Positions 1-12,849 of a stretch of DNA of 64,000 nucleotides are shown one piece after another (position 1 is the stretch's first letter; the number at the start of each line of letters is the position of its first letter). The translations under genes and the position numbers were made by a program. The DNA comes from Marsupella aquatica (Eukaryota; Plantae; Marchantiophyta): positions 20,409,292 through 20,473,291 of the forward strand of contig OZ316898.1 in NCBI GenBank assembly GCA_973895155.1, in the 5' to 3' direction. The notes under the pieces are model-generated. The model saw nothing but the letters and a program-made list of their open reading frames with translations. It was not told where the DNA came from and made no database searches.

Positions 1-1400
1 TGGACAGCCAAAGAACAGAATGTGTTGAGGTAATTTGACACTAACATTGTTGCTCAACAATTTGTGTATTAAAACAATCTTGTCTGAATATTATATCATC
101 TAACTGTATTTGCTTTGGCAGTGAGGTTTGGCCAGGTGTTCCGATCACTTTATGTGCCCTGGCATGTGAGGAGAGCCTGGACTAAAAACATATTGAAAAA
201 AGTTAGAGATCCACATTCCCGTGCAAAAATGAATAGAGAACTTGGAGATCTCATGTATGAGAAGAACAAAGGTAAATTTTGTCCCTAGTTTGTCCCCATA
301 ATGTATTTATCTTAGTTTGTGTCTAGTTTTTGGGCTAACCCTCTACAACTGTTGATGTTTGCTATTTAATGTAATCACTGTTTTCTTTTACAGACCCAGT
401 CAAAGAGTCCCTTCAGTTCATGGCAACATGGAAAGATGAGCAGCCATTGTTCGTGGAGTATTACAAAACGTACTGGCATTGTAAGATCAGTAAGTGGGTG
501 ATTAACTTTAGGACCTTCAAGCATGCCAATCAGAACACTAATGGGGCGATTGAGAGATGGCATGGAACTCTGAAGCGGTACCTGCAAGAAGAGAAGTCTA
601 CTAAGGTAGGCCGAAAGGTGGTTTGGCTGGTAGAACAGTTGATTAACCACCTTGAACACCACTACTGGTGTATGTCTTGTATGAAGTGGCAAGGGCAAGT
701 CAGAAATCGGAAAATTGAAGACATCATCTGGAAAGCCATCTTGAAGGCAAGGACTATTCCTGCTGATGATGTTAAGTACGAGGAAGGCAAAATATTGCAT
801 TTGTACGCAGCCAAAAAAAATCCAAGAGGGGCACGTTCTTGAAGGATACCTTGGTGATAGTTGCGTCTGCACTTGTGGATCTAGTATGCACTCGGGGGTC
901 TCACTATATGGGGACCTCCTCATCGCCTGCGATGTTTTTAGGCCTCAGACCCCCTAAAATGTAAGATTTTTTAAAAAAAATTTAACCCCTATAAAGTTGG
1001 AATATTCTTGGAATATTCTAAAAATTGGATTAAAAAGACCCTAATGTTCTTATAAGTCTCAACATTGAATTTAAAAGACCCTATTGTTCTTCTACAAAAA
1101 TTCTTAAGTCTTCCCTTAGAACCAATAAAATGACCCTATCCTTCGTCGCACGTGATATGCCATTTTGTGGAAGTGAAACCCCCGAGAGTATGCAAGGGAA
1201 TACCTGCAAGCATCAGGTAATTTTACATAGCCACAACTATGATTTCATATGAATTATGAGTCTAATTATCATGACAATGTCTCATAATTGCATTTCTCTA
1301 TTGATGTGCAGATAAAGTTGTTGCTTTTGAGTGGCTTGTCCGAGTCCAAAGTTCTTCAAACCCTATGGAACTCACTATGGCACTATGGTAGGCGGCTTAA
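1..1400 (+). pseudogene. Spliced MULE (Mutator-like) transposase / SWIM zinc-finger pseudogene, 5'-truncated by the window edge
   Basis: Exons 1-29, 122-271, 394-1216 (interrupted at 891-1186) and ~1311-1400, with GT-AG introns. Spliced translation gives EQNVLSEVWPGVPITLC-x-WHVRRAW (MULE CxxH motif, +1 frameshift at ~159), NTNGAIERWHGTLK (catalytic Glu region) and SWIM CVCTCGSSM/QGNTCKHQ. Further frameshifts at the poly-A 813-820 and at ~1360. Confidence 0.8.
891..1186. mobile_element. Non-autonomous TIR element (MITE), 296 bp, with 8-bp TSD (hAT-like)
   Basis: TIRs CTCGGGGGTCTCACT (891-905) and AGTGAAACCCCCGAG (1172-1186) match at 14/15. Flanking direct repeat AGTATGCA at 883-890 and 1187-1194. 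AT-rich non-coding interior. Removing it restores the SWIM reading frame. Confidence 0.9.
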
Positions 1401-1889
1401 TAGTTGATATAGGGTCACTGACTCTTCTGAGGCTTGGCAGCGTTGCTGAAGAAGAATATGGCGTTCTGACCTCTCCAATAGGGGAAGATCTTTTTATGGC
1501 GTGTGCTGGCTGCAGGGCTATTTTCCGGTAAGAGAGCCCACCAATGTGGGCATGGAGATGGTCGCTGCCCCTACTGCCGACTTTGCTCAGAAGACAATAA
1601 GCACATATTCTTTTCATGCTATCATGCCAAAATAGCATGGAACCGGACGACCTGGTTCTATGAAAGGTTGCCCGCTCTCTCGTACCTTCCTGGCGGACAC
1701 TCATTCACAAGCACTCTGGACTTGGCTCTCGGTCGCTCGCCTCGGCTCTCCGCTCGTCTTTTTGTTATATATGAGACTGTGTGGCTCCTATGGAAAAATC
1801 GTAACACCCGGTTGTTTTGGAGCCAATCTGTTGTGTTTTCCCCATATGCAGCCGCTATATCAGTTGTTCAGCATCACCCTATTCATTAA
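1401..1889 (+). mobile_element. L1-type non-LTR retrotransposon fragment (zf-RVT region of ORF2)
   Basis: Translation across one stop and one frameshift: WQRC*RRIWRSDLSNR/KIFLWRVLAAGLFSGKRA...CPYCRLCSEDNKHIFFSCYHAKIAW...ETVWLLWKNRN. These are the canonical plant L1 zf-RVT C-C-H-C and W..W..RN motifs. Confidence 0.8.
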
Positions 1890-2299
1890 AAGTGTATTTT
1901 ATTTTGTTCACTTTTAGGCCTCTAAATGTTCACTTTTTGGTCTCTAAATGTACACTTTTTAAACCCAAAAGGTACACTATGGTATTATACTCTACACCTA
2001 AATGATCAATTGTAAACTTGAGGTGACAAAAATGATCTTGACTAGAAGGAGTCTCATCCTAGTTCATTTACAAAGGATGAACATGGTGGTACATCTGATG
2101 GCCATCAACTTTATTTCTTGCCTAATTGTACACTTTTTGAAGGCCAAATGTACACTTTCTATTGCCCAAATATTCATAAATTGAATAATAATTCACTTTT
2201 AATGAATAGATTGATCAGCACCTCCATGCCGTGGCTATTAGTTTTGATTAAGAGAAAAAGAAAAAAAGACTATACTACGCTGAAAATTTTATTTCCAAT

Positions 2300-4025
2300 C
2301 CTCTCCATGGAGAAAGCTGCCTTTTTTGACCACTATCCCGTTGGTTCTTGTCATCCATTGCCTTGGTGTCATGCATTTTTTTATTTCCTCTCCTCGTTTC
2401 TGCCCAGTACTTCTGGAATCTCTCCTAGTATACAACATCTTCTCCTAGTGAAATCTCTGTTCAACCATGGGCCTCATCTGTTGCTTGGATGTCCATAATT
2501 TTACTTTCTCTCCCCCCAAGTATTCCCTGCTCCGTAGTTTGTTTTCCCCCTTGCTATAGCCCTTGGTGCTCTGTTGTCTGGCTGCTCATTGTCCCTTGGC
2601 TCGGAACTCGGTGGGGGCTGCCGCTGATGCTGGCAGCTATTTTGGCTGGTACTGGTGGATTCTATATTGGTTTGGGCTCTGGCCTTGATGCAGCTGATTG
2701 GTGAAGTTATACTCCGTGGAGAAAGCCCTCATGGCTTTTGTGTTCGGTGGAGTACCAAGTGGTCCCCATCTCCAATATTCTTCCCTTATCATTTTATACT
2801 ACATGTTGAATGTTGGACTGACAGGGCATTGATTATTGGGTTCTTATCCCTAATCGATTGTCCCCTTTGGTCTCAATATTAGGCATTAGTATACCCTGAT
2901 CTGATTCTCCTACCTATCCAGCCATAGTATCTTGATCAATACTTTACCATCCTACAGCAATTGGCTCTTCTCTTAGAATACTCTATAGATTAATTATCCA
3001 TGGGCCCCTCCGGATCGGACTGGTTGCCCTGCATGTTTATATACTCTAGTTTAGTGTTGAAGAAGTTCCGTTGCTGGACCTATGTAACTCTCATATAGCT
3101 TAGCATGATCTCACTCTAACCATAGTATAGTGTTCTTTTGGTGATGCTACCAGGTTTGACTTATTTTGTCAGGTGGGGATGCTAGATGTATACATGGATG
3201 GATTGCTATTCTCGGTTCTGCTCATGGGCTTCTAGCCTCTCCATTCTCCACAAGCTGGCCATTCTTCTGAGCGGGTTCTCATACAACGTACGATGGTCGT
3301 GTGGCCTTCTTGGACTTCTTCAACTATTGGGACCATGCTTTCCAATCATGGCTCTATTGGTCCCCTTGTTCTCTGGAATATATCTCAGGGATTTGCAGCA
3401 TGCAGGGTGCAGCCATAGCTGATGCCCGGACTCGGGGTTGGCTCTCATCATTGGCTGCTATATGACTCTCCCTGAACACACCTCGGACTCTCATCTTGTG
3501 ACTGCATATTATTATCCTCCTCCCTCTTCAAGGCGATTCAAGTAATTGATATGTCATTCGGTATACATGTTGGCTTCCTAGGGAGTTTTCATTGGAGTCT
3601 CGGCGGGTACACATGTTGGCTTCCTAGGGAATATTGGAGTATCGACAGGTATATGCTGTTCCACCGGCTGTGGTGGAGTACACATCGGAATATCGACGGG
3701 TACAAGCTGTCTGGCCGGCTGTGGTGGATGGGGATGGCAAAGTCCATTTCAGTTCTCGTGAAGGTTTTCTAGCCGATGTTTACTTCTTTGGCTACTCTTT
3801 TAGGATAGCATTCTATCCTCCTTGGGGTCCTCCCTCCCTCTCTCTTCCGCCTCCTCCCTTCCGGCGGTCAGGGTGGAGGTCGCCCTTCACCTTCACTGGG
3901 TGTGCTCCTTTCATTGCCCCCTTAATTGCTCTTGTTCTTTCCTGCCTTCTCCTTCCAGTCAGGCTTTGTTTTTTCCTCTGGGTTCTCCTTGGAATAAAGT
4001 TTCATTAAAAAAAAGAAAAGAAAGG
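2300..4025 (+). mobile_element. Heavily degenerate LINE-like 3' fragment
   Basis: C/T-rich coding-like sequence with many stops. Short internal tandem duplications at 3563-3730. Pyrimidine-rich tail, AATAAA at ~3993 and an A-rich terminus at ~4007-4025. No intact motif was read. Confidence 0.35.
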
Positions 4026-4061
4026 AAGCAAATAATACGCTACAGTTGACAAGGACTATGT

Positions 4062-4456
4062 TGACATTTCCAGAATCTTCTGCAAAAAATTCTGCAATCT
4101 ACAAGCAAAAACTAGAGAAAATTTAGAGTCACTCCCGTTCCCGGGGGACACAATGAATGTGTAATTCAAAATGCCCCTATGAAAATGAAATTCAAAATGC
4201 CCTTGTGAAAATGTACAAGTGAAATGTGAAAAAAAATGTTCAAAGTTAATACAATTAATTGAAAGGTGACATTTCCAGAATCTTCTGCAAAAAATTCTGC
4301 AATGTACAAGCAAAAGGAGAGAAAATTTAGAGTCAATCTGTTCCCGGGACGCAATGAATGTGTAATTCAAAATGCCCCTATGAAAGTGAAATTAAAAATG
4401 CCCTTATGAAAATGTACAAGTGAAATGTGAAAAAGTTAATTCAATTTATTGAAAGG
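4062..4456. repeat. Tandem duplication, ~205-bp unit, 2 copies
   Basis: TGACATTTCCAGAATCTTCTGCAAAAAATTCTGCAA begins at 4062 and at 4267. Internal sub-repeat AATTCAAAATGCCC. Confidence 0.85.
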
Positions 4457-7400
4457 TGGGCACGGGCAGCAGCGACAGAATTCAGAGAAAAATGATTCTC
4501 TGGCCTGAAAAAGTGAGAAGGACTGAGCCAAAAATGTTAAAACACAGGGAGGGTTTCCGGTAGGCAATGGGGGAATACCGAGGCACATTTAATGACTATA
4601 CAGGGATTACTCTCCGTGAATTAAGAAATCGGCCCGTCGCAAGCCATACGACGCCACTATTTGTACCAAGGACGCCACTACAATTCACTCACTCGATACT
4701 ACAACAGATGGAATACCCCCTACAGCCGGTGTGTGAGGAGTTACAGGTCGCCCTTCATACAGAAGTGTAAAGTGTGTCATCCAAGCCCAGAAGTACGTTT
4801 TGCAAAGGTCCATCCGAGTTTCTAATGCCCTTACGAACGTTTCATCAAACTTGAAGGTCCATCTGGGCTTCAACTTAGGAAAAAGATTACCAACCTGGAG
4901 TTACCGGGAAAGTACCAGTTACCCGACAATTACATCCATGAATGGTTACACAGTAACTTGTGTTCGGAACCACCATTACTGTAGGAGTGCCATACACGGG
5001 CCTGTCACAGTTATCTGCCAGCCTAGCAGACTCGAGTGTGGACAGTTAGATCTACTGTACAGCTGAGTTCTAGATCGACGGCTCTGGGGCTCCTTAGACC
5101 GAGGAAGGAGAAATTGACGTCGCCGATCATAATAAGTTCATCTAACTGCGGTTAGAGGATGGTTAGATGCACCAACTTCTCACTCTGCATTGAAGAGCAC
5201 TCCCTCTCTGTATTGATCGCTCTCGCAATCTTTTCGTTTATCTTTTCTCGCTCCCATCGTTTCTTCTTGCCTTCAGTGTAGGATCTCTCGCCGACGGAAG
5301 GTCGGTCGGTTTGTTGATCGGGAGATGACGCGCTCAAGGTCGAGGGGCGCTCGATTGCGCATTTAGCAAGGTATTGAACGTGCCACTTCTGTCACTGTGT
5401 GGTCCAATTTTCCGGCTGTTTGGTGAGTCGTGGGATATTTGCTTGTGGATGGAAGTTTGCGGGAGTTTCTTGTATGATCTTAGTGTCTTACGTGCATTCT
5501 ACAATGCTTGCACTGCTTCGATGCTGTCGCAATGACGAGTACTTGAGAGGCCCCGCACACTTTTCAGCATGTCTATGTAGTTTGTGACGGACAAGTCAAG
5601 GACCTTCGAATGGTGAACCTAAAATTCCGGTTAGAACACTCTACTAGAGCAACGTGTTCCAGAGTAAGATCTTGTTCACTAGGTCCAACGATTTGACACT
5701 GACTCATCCAGCTTCAGGAATGTTTCTTTTGCATAAATTTGACTATTGGAAACCTAATAGATATGTCTGAAGTATATATGAAGAAACCGAAATATGGTTT
5801 TTGAAGAGTATGTGAACCTGAAAATGCAAACCAGGAGAGTTTTTCGTAAAATTCATCAAAAGATGTCTGGAATGCATCGAACTCAATGAAACTGTGAAGA
5901 CTTTCGGAAAACCCGAAACATCACCTCATAATGAGCATTAATCAGTCTGAACTCTGAAGCAAGCTGAGATGTAATTTGGTGATTACTACCAGAATTGCAG
6001 ATAAGCATTTGGGGTCCTGGGCAAGTGACCCTATCTGGAATTCTGCTGACTCCAGCAACTGTCTCGTTGCAATTGGTTAACTGTGGGGGATCTGTGGGAT
6101 TCTAACTCACAGCATTGGAAACATAGCAGCATAATTTATCTTTCCTGAATTATGTTCGCCTGTGAATAGATTTTCTTGATTCCCAGTGGCCTTGGTATCT
6201 CGATAAGGTTTTCACCCTCCTTCGAATGAACATAAGTTTTATAGAACTCTCACGTCTGCATCTGATCCGGACCAGTTTGTATTCTTGGATTCTGAAACCT
6301 TGAATGGGCAGTCTGTGGCCGCTGTAGTTTGTTGTTGGCCATCAAGGGAGAGGGGAAAACACAAGAACTTTTGGGACCTGTCCAGACTCAGTTACGGGCC
6401 AAATAAAATGTTACGAGTCCCACCTGGTTTTCTCTCCCGTGACCACGGACCGGGGGTCGACAGGCCGAACTGTGTAGTCGCCGGTGAGCACTCCGGCCTG
6501 GCGCAACATTTTCATCGCGTAATGGTCCCTTCATCTCTCGGAATCCAGCGAGAAAACTGGGTCGATTCGGCGGGATGAAATGCAAAGATCGGTTTCTCGT
6601 TGAGCATCTTGCAAGCAAGTGGTACGATTCGAAGTGCTGAAAGGTAGTGTTTGTGTATTGCAAACGATGAGTTTAATTCACTCTCTGCCCGCTCTCCTCG
6701 TTCTCCCGCGGGAAAGAGCGAAGACTGGGACTGCTGCCAGTTCACATGCTTTTCATTTGCATTTTTCATCGCAGTGCTTTCTTTCTTTGTTCAGTTGTTT
6801 CAGTATTTCTGGCTTGCCTGTCACTACGGGCTTGTCGAGCTGTCTTTGTCCATTCTTGGTCACATTTCTGGCACACCACCTGTCTTTTGGCCTGTATTTT
6901 GTGTCTGTGCCTTCCGCATTCGGAGATTGCGGGTCGAATTGAATTGAATTGCAGTGTGTATCCGTTGGTGGAAACAGACAGCAATCTCTTTTCTACCCTT
7001 AAAAATCACGTTGGTGGACCTGAATATTAGAGATAATGCCTGGCACTGCGTGTGCTTCGCCAACCTTGGCCATCCTCTTACAGGGCTTTCGATGTCCGCT
7101 TTTGGTTATCGTTCAACATTCAGGCACACCTGTGGTCACTCGGTCTGCACTGTTTGGCTTAAAACTGCTCATTTGGAGTTCTGCCGACACTAGAGTTAGT
7201 TCTGATAGAAATTGTTCATTCCTACCGTTCAGCAGAAGGGGTTTCTTTGACTAAATTACTGTTCCATGGCGCAGTTCTGCTGAAACTCAGTCCTCTTATC
7301 GAATATTGTGGTTCATGATGTCGAGTTCTCGTTACTGTATTGGGTTTGAGTATGTAATGGGACCTACGTTAACTTGTGGTCTATCTTCGTTTGTTTGCTG

Positions 7401-8043
7401 CAGTGAGTGTGGAAGAAGAGTACAGCGTGGGTTGGAGGATAAGAAGGAAGGGAAGACGATACGATTCTGTGACTGTTGCACGACTTAGAGCACAACATTT
7501 GCCTACTCGAGTACCTGCGTGCCAGATGAGAGTCGAACAAGGGAGGTGCCGAAAACGCACTGGCGTGAAAGAGCTCGAAGACATACCGACAATCCTTTAG
7601 AGGAGAAATAATGTGAACTCAATATAATGAGGGTCCAATGCGGCGTAGAATAGATGAGAAACGAGACAACAAGCGGGCAGAGATCTGTAAGGCGTCGGGA
7701 GACTCTGGTCAACACAGATAAAGCAACTGTTGGCTATGAAGTGCCGCATCGACTCATGTTGTCCATTTTCTGCGGTGTTAAATATGTGAACCTAAACTCT
7801 TTCAACCTCGTGAGGGACATTGTCCCCTGTTCTGGATGGGTACAGCAGCGGAGATTGTCGCCTTAGAGGGACCCAAATTCAATTCTTTGACACCTACGTG
7901 ATACAGCAATGGAATCGGCATAGAAATATCTCGAATTGTCAAATAGCGCTGCAGCTCTGGATTGTTGCGTATAAGACTCCACCACAAAACGTCAGACCTC
8001 CAAACTATACCAAGCCGGTGGGAAATAGTGATGCACATCGGAG

Positions 8044-10794
8044 ATGGTAGCAGTAAATTTGGGCTTTGCCCACTACTTGCTAGACCACATTTATGGAGCC
8101 ATGATGCACAGACTGAAGTTGGCGCCACCTTTCTTCTCAGGGGGATGGGGTGGCTCCAAGATGTTGCTCCTGGAGCAGATTACAAAGCAGTTGCTTCAAC
8201 AGGGACTCGAGAAAGTTTCCGAACAACGTTGGCCTCCACCTGACATTCTTCCTAAGTTGAAAACAGTATGGGAGTCTCGCACGGCGCATCTGCAAGAGGG
8301 GATCTTCGATACTCCCTGTGACGAGCTCATTCGCCAAGCACTACCCTTCGAGAGCCACGTTGTGCGCATTCGCCTGCTTACACCTAAGAACGTGCCTCGC
8401 CACAAAACCTCCTGTGTCGTCCACCTTGCTGGTATGCCTGTTCTCGAAGTCTTCTTATTCTCAATTTGATTCAAAACGATTCTGATCTTGGCGCTGTTTG
8501 AGCACTGTTAAGTGGTAAATGTTTAATTGGGTTGCTGTTTTAGCGTGATGTCAGCTGAACTTCTGTTGCAAATTACAGAATATGAATGTGAAAGAGCGAG
8601 TACAAATAAAGTAGTGGGGTTGATTTTTTAAAATTGTACTACCCTTCAAAACAGTTCACATTCCCCAGATGGTTACGGAAAATTCAAGAGCGACGGAAAA
8701 GAACTTGCAAACAAACGAGTTCTGTAGGTAAATCCTTTGCGTTGTACATAGAGAGTCCGGCCAGGGGACTTAACAATTGGGAAGGGCTGGTTTATTTGAC
8801 TGATGAACACCCACCAGAGCGAGTGTGACGAAAACTTGCCAGGGAAAATGAGAAATTGCTATTGTCAGAACTTCACCATGACTGAAGAGGGTTTGATTTT
8901 CGGCTGTTTTTGTTATGTGAATCAGGCACAGGAGATCATGGATTTGAAAGACGTCTGAGGTTGGGAGGACCATTACTGAAGGACAACATTGCCACATTAG
9001 TGTTGGAAAGGTTTATATGACGCTTCTGTGCTGCCTCTTGTAAAACATTTTTCCGATTGGGTTGCTATGGTTGATGAGAACTGTTTCGTTATTTGTAACT
9101 TTCAATGCAGCTGTCATACCTGAATGACATGGAGGAAATTTTTACATTGACTTCCAGTCTATGAATGAAAAATGGTAGATAACGAGGCTGTAGGGTTATG
9201 TCTTGAAAGAGACGACATGTTGCTTCTGTGCTATCTGTTTATTGTGAAAGAACGACTTCCTCGATGGAAGATCTCTTGATATATTTTGTTAGGACTGTGT
9301 ACTATACTGGAACTTGGAGTTGTCATAAATGAGTCTGTGGGAGGCGTGGCTTTACATGTTATTCCATGTATGGTTATTTATGAGGATGACGAGTTATCTC
9401 TACGGAGGTGCACTGCAGAAAACTAGGATTTAGCCGGTTATAATAGTTTAGAAACTAAGAGAAGTCCCCACCATATCTTTGCCAGGGAGGTGGAAAGGAC
9501 CTCAGCCTTTGTGAGCTGTGTTTTGAGGAGAGACTTACCGAGACCTCAGGCCCAATAATGGGTTTTGAAAGGTAGATTTTTGAATGGGTCTTTGATGGCT
9601 ATTGTGGGTCCAGCCCCTTCTACGGGAATCGGCGACCAAAATTACAGCGCGGTGCTAGACTGCTTTGTGTGAGTGATCTTTTGCTGCTTGGGAGGGCTAC
9701 AATTGAGGAGACACGGACACTTCTGCATTGGTTAAGCATGAAACAGGGCTTCGACAAACTTGGGGTCTGTGGACTTAGCATGGGTATACTTTCCGCTTCT
9801 TGCAACAGTTCAGAATCTCCTTTTTCCTTCTTATTGATCATGCCATCACTATAGCTATAGCCATAGCTCGCGGCCATATACCTTTGCCAAACTAGTGCTC
9901 TCATTTGTTTCCGTCTTGGCATTTTGCTGTCTATTCTGCCCGTTGTCCCGTGTGGGACACTTTTCGCTTCAAACTGAATTCGATTTATTTCCTCTGAAAA
10001 ACTTTTTATTTTGTTACAGGAGGTGTGCATGCTGCCATGGTTGGATCCTTGCATCCAACCCCAATCGCTATACTTCCATTGTTGGCACCCCACTCTGCAG
10101 CAGCAGCATTCTGTGAGGGCATTCTGCAGTACGGGACAGCATGGGACATCCTCAGGCATGACGAGTTGGCAGCAACCAGCATTGGCATGACTCTGGAACA
10201 AACAAGAGAGAGAATGCGCAACGTTTTGTCCCTCACTGATGTGACCAAGTTTCCAATTCCAAAGAACCCGAAGGCAGTCATCTTCGTGGCAGCACTTGTG
10301 AGTATCGTTCTCCTTCCAGTCCTCGGTTTCAAAATTCAGTATAGCTCTACTCTTTTAGTAAAGGACTGTACTAACTTTCAGGGCATTGAGATGGTTTACT
10401 TCTCGGATATATTGAAGGAACTCCCCAATACTCTCTGTTGATTGAGACAACCTGCTACCAAGACCGCCACACTTACACTTGAGGAGCAGTTGTTATTTAA
10501 GAATGCTGCACTTGACTTAACTTGTGTAGTAAAGAGTCAAGGACCAGGTTATTGCAGATAGTTGTTAGAGTTTGCCATGCTGAAGGCCTCACACCACAGA
10601 AAGGGCTTTACTGATTTAAGTAATGCTGCGTCCAGAACGATGGCTACATTCCAACACACTCGGTGCTACGACTGCATGAAGCGTGGCCGGAGTCAGAGGT
10701 GAGGTGGGTAACTGGGGGTCACGTTTCCTCCTTCATCCTTCACAATAAGACATTCCAGGCTGCCATTCGAGATGGACTTCAACGCTTGGAATGA
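8044..10794 (+). CDS. ABHD18: Alpha/beta hydrolase ABHD18-like (DUF2048 family), 5 coding exons
   Basis: Exons 8044-8431, 8926-9010, 9614-9783, 10020-10297 and 10636-10794, all GT-AG and in phase. Motifs PPFFSGGWGG, VHLAGTGDHGF, ESPFYG, nucleophile GLSMGG, Asp in NDGYIP and His in GGHVSS. Confidence 0.9.
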
Positions 10795-12124
10795 TCTGCA
10801 AGGACGTGAACAAATCCTACTGAACTATTCCCAAAAGCTCCTACACCATTCTTTCCATCTGCTTTCAGATGATGTATCAAGCACTATCAATAATGGGGAA
10901 GTCCAGTTCCCACAAGGGGAATCAAGGTCCCGGAACTTCACCGTGAAAAAGGACCAAGTCTACAACTGTTTTAATTGGCTGTTCTCGCATTCATATGTTG
11001 GCGGCACCGTCTCCCTCACACATACAGCTCCAACTCTTGACAATTCTTTGGCATTTATCCAACTGATTGCGATAATCCGAAACGCAATTTTACTTGGAAC
11101 TATGAATAAGTCTCCAAACAATTATAGCTCTCCCGTCTCTGTTCCGGAAGCTCTCAATAGGGCGACCGGTGTTCAAGCCTTTGCATTCTTAGCGTGTGTG
11201 TCTGACTGCTACATTAGTCTTTTGCACTTTAAACTATGAATTGCTTGAAGTAAAATTCCATTTCTCATACTAAGTTGTACAAAAAAATTCAACTTCGAGG
11301 AGTCATCATTGCTGTTGTCTTTTAAATGCCCAGATTACTTGTCGTTTTAACGTGCAAAACAAGTAAGGCTGAAGTGGCTTTCCTGCCCATTGGATACAAT
11401 TTGACCATGGTTACATGCAGTCACTCTTTGGCCAATTCACGGCCATGTTGAGTCACACATTTAAGGTCGTTTGTTTACATATTTATTATATGTATTTATA
11501 TTTATGATCAGGCTTTGCCATGTGTTCATTTTAAGATTTCATTAAACAGTTTGGCTCATGACAGTCTTTGATATGTATGCACAATGTTGTCATTGCGGCT
11601 GCTATTGATGTCGCAACAGCACGACTGCTATCATCATAGAAAGTGTCATTATAAAAATAGTTATGTTTGTCCAAAAATGTTGTCTTCAAACAAAATGTGT
11701 TTTATTGAAAGTAGGGACGAAGCAAATGGGTAGGGAGCGAGTTGGGGGACCCTTGGCTCCAGAGCTTTGGCAACAATTGCACGATTTATGTTTGGCAAAA
11801 TTTGGGGAGAGAGAATTGGGTCAGAATTTTGCCATGGGCATATCATGAGGTCAAGAAATTGATACCCCTTTTTCAGCCTCCTTTGTCCCTTTTCTCCCTT
11901 TCTCCCTTTTTTCCATTTCCCCTTTTTCTTTTTCTGTTTTTCCTTTTCCTTCTCATCTTTCCCTCCTCTTCCCCCTTTTTCCCTCCTCTTCCTTCCCACC
12001 AGCCCTTTGTATCTGGTGTTTCTGGAGGGTTGTGATGGAATCTTAAGATCAAGGAAACTTAATAAGAAGCGTTGTGGTGAAATCTAAGAGCAAACTCTTG
12101 GAGGTGAACAGTCAATTTTTATTC

Positions 12125-12385
12125 TATCGTTCCTGTAAAAGCCCCTTAAAAATATAAAATGCATTGACCACCCTTTTACGTCAGGAGACGGTGTGGATAG
12201 GTATGGTAAAGCACGAGTGACCTGGTCTAAAATGGACCCCTATCGTTCTTATAAAAAGCCCCTTCAATATTAAATGCATTGACCACCCTTTTTTGGTGAG
12301 GAGGCGGTGTGGATAGGTATGGTAAAACACAAGTGACCTGGTCTAAAATGGACCTCTGGATATGTATGGTAAAGCAGAAGTGACC
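12125..12385. repeat. Tandem duplication, ~116-bp unit, ~2.3 copies, upstream of the aminopeptidase
   Basis: TATCGTTC...TGCATTGACCACCCTTTT...GGTGTGGATAGGTATGGTAAA...GTGACCTGGTCTAAAATGGACC at 12125 and 12241, plus a partial third copy. Confidence 0.8.
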
Positions 12386-12849
12386 CTCACTTTTTGTCCT
12401 CTCGCCCTTTTAAAGCCCAATCAAATGGTCGAGTAAAACCCTTCGCTGAACCACTAAACCACTAAACCCCTCTCACGTGAAAACAGCATGATTCCTTTCT
12501 TTCCCATACCGAAAGCGGTGGAGTCTATCAGGTCCCGACGAGCGACATCGACATTGGAGAATTAAAAATCCATCCCAGCTATGGCGGTGCTCTCGTTTGC
12601 TGCCGCGGCTTTATTCGTTCGTCAATTGAATTGAATCGGCATTTGTGTACAGTTCGTCGTCAGCACTCAGCAGCTTCGAAAGCAGCGGAGGAAATTATTT
12701 ATATAGTCGGTGGCCGTCCATTCCATCCGTCATTCGTCATTCGTCCCGCTTGTCCGTTCGGCACGCTCGACCCCTACGGAAGGAAGTGCGATCCGTCGTC
12801 ACTCGTCAACTCCTCAGTTGGCGAGCTGTGCGTGGGGCAGTTTTGAAGA

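Noticed and set aside
6651-6947. Small hydrophobic 98-aa ORF as a membrane protein
   Set aside because: No ATG start (GTG), composition explained by T-rich leader/intron sequence, and no recognisable homology.
10772-11239. 155-aa ORF overlapping the ABHD18 stop codon
   Set aside because: Lies in the presumptive 3' UTR with no motif or coding-like signature.
11661-12035. Lys/Gly-rich and Phe/Pro-rich ORFs
   Set aside because: By-products of a pyrimidine-rich low-complexity tract at 11865-12000.
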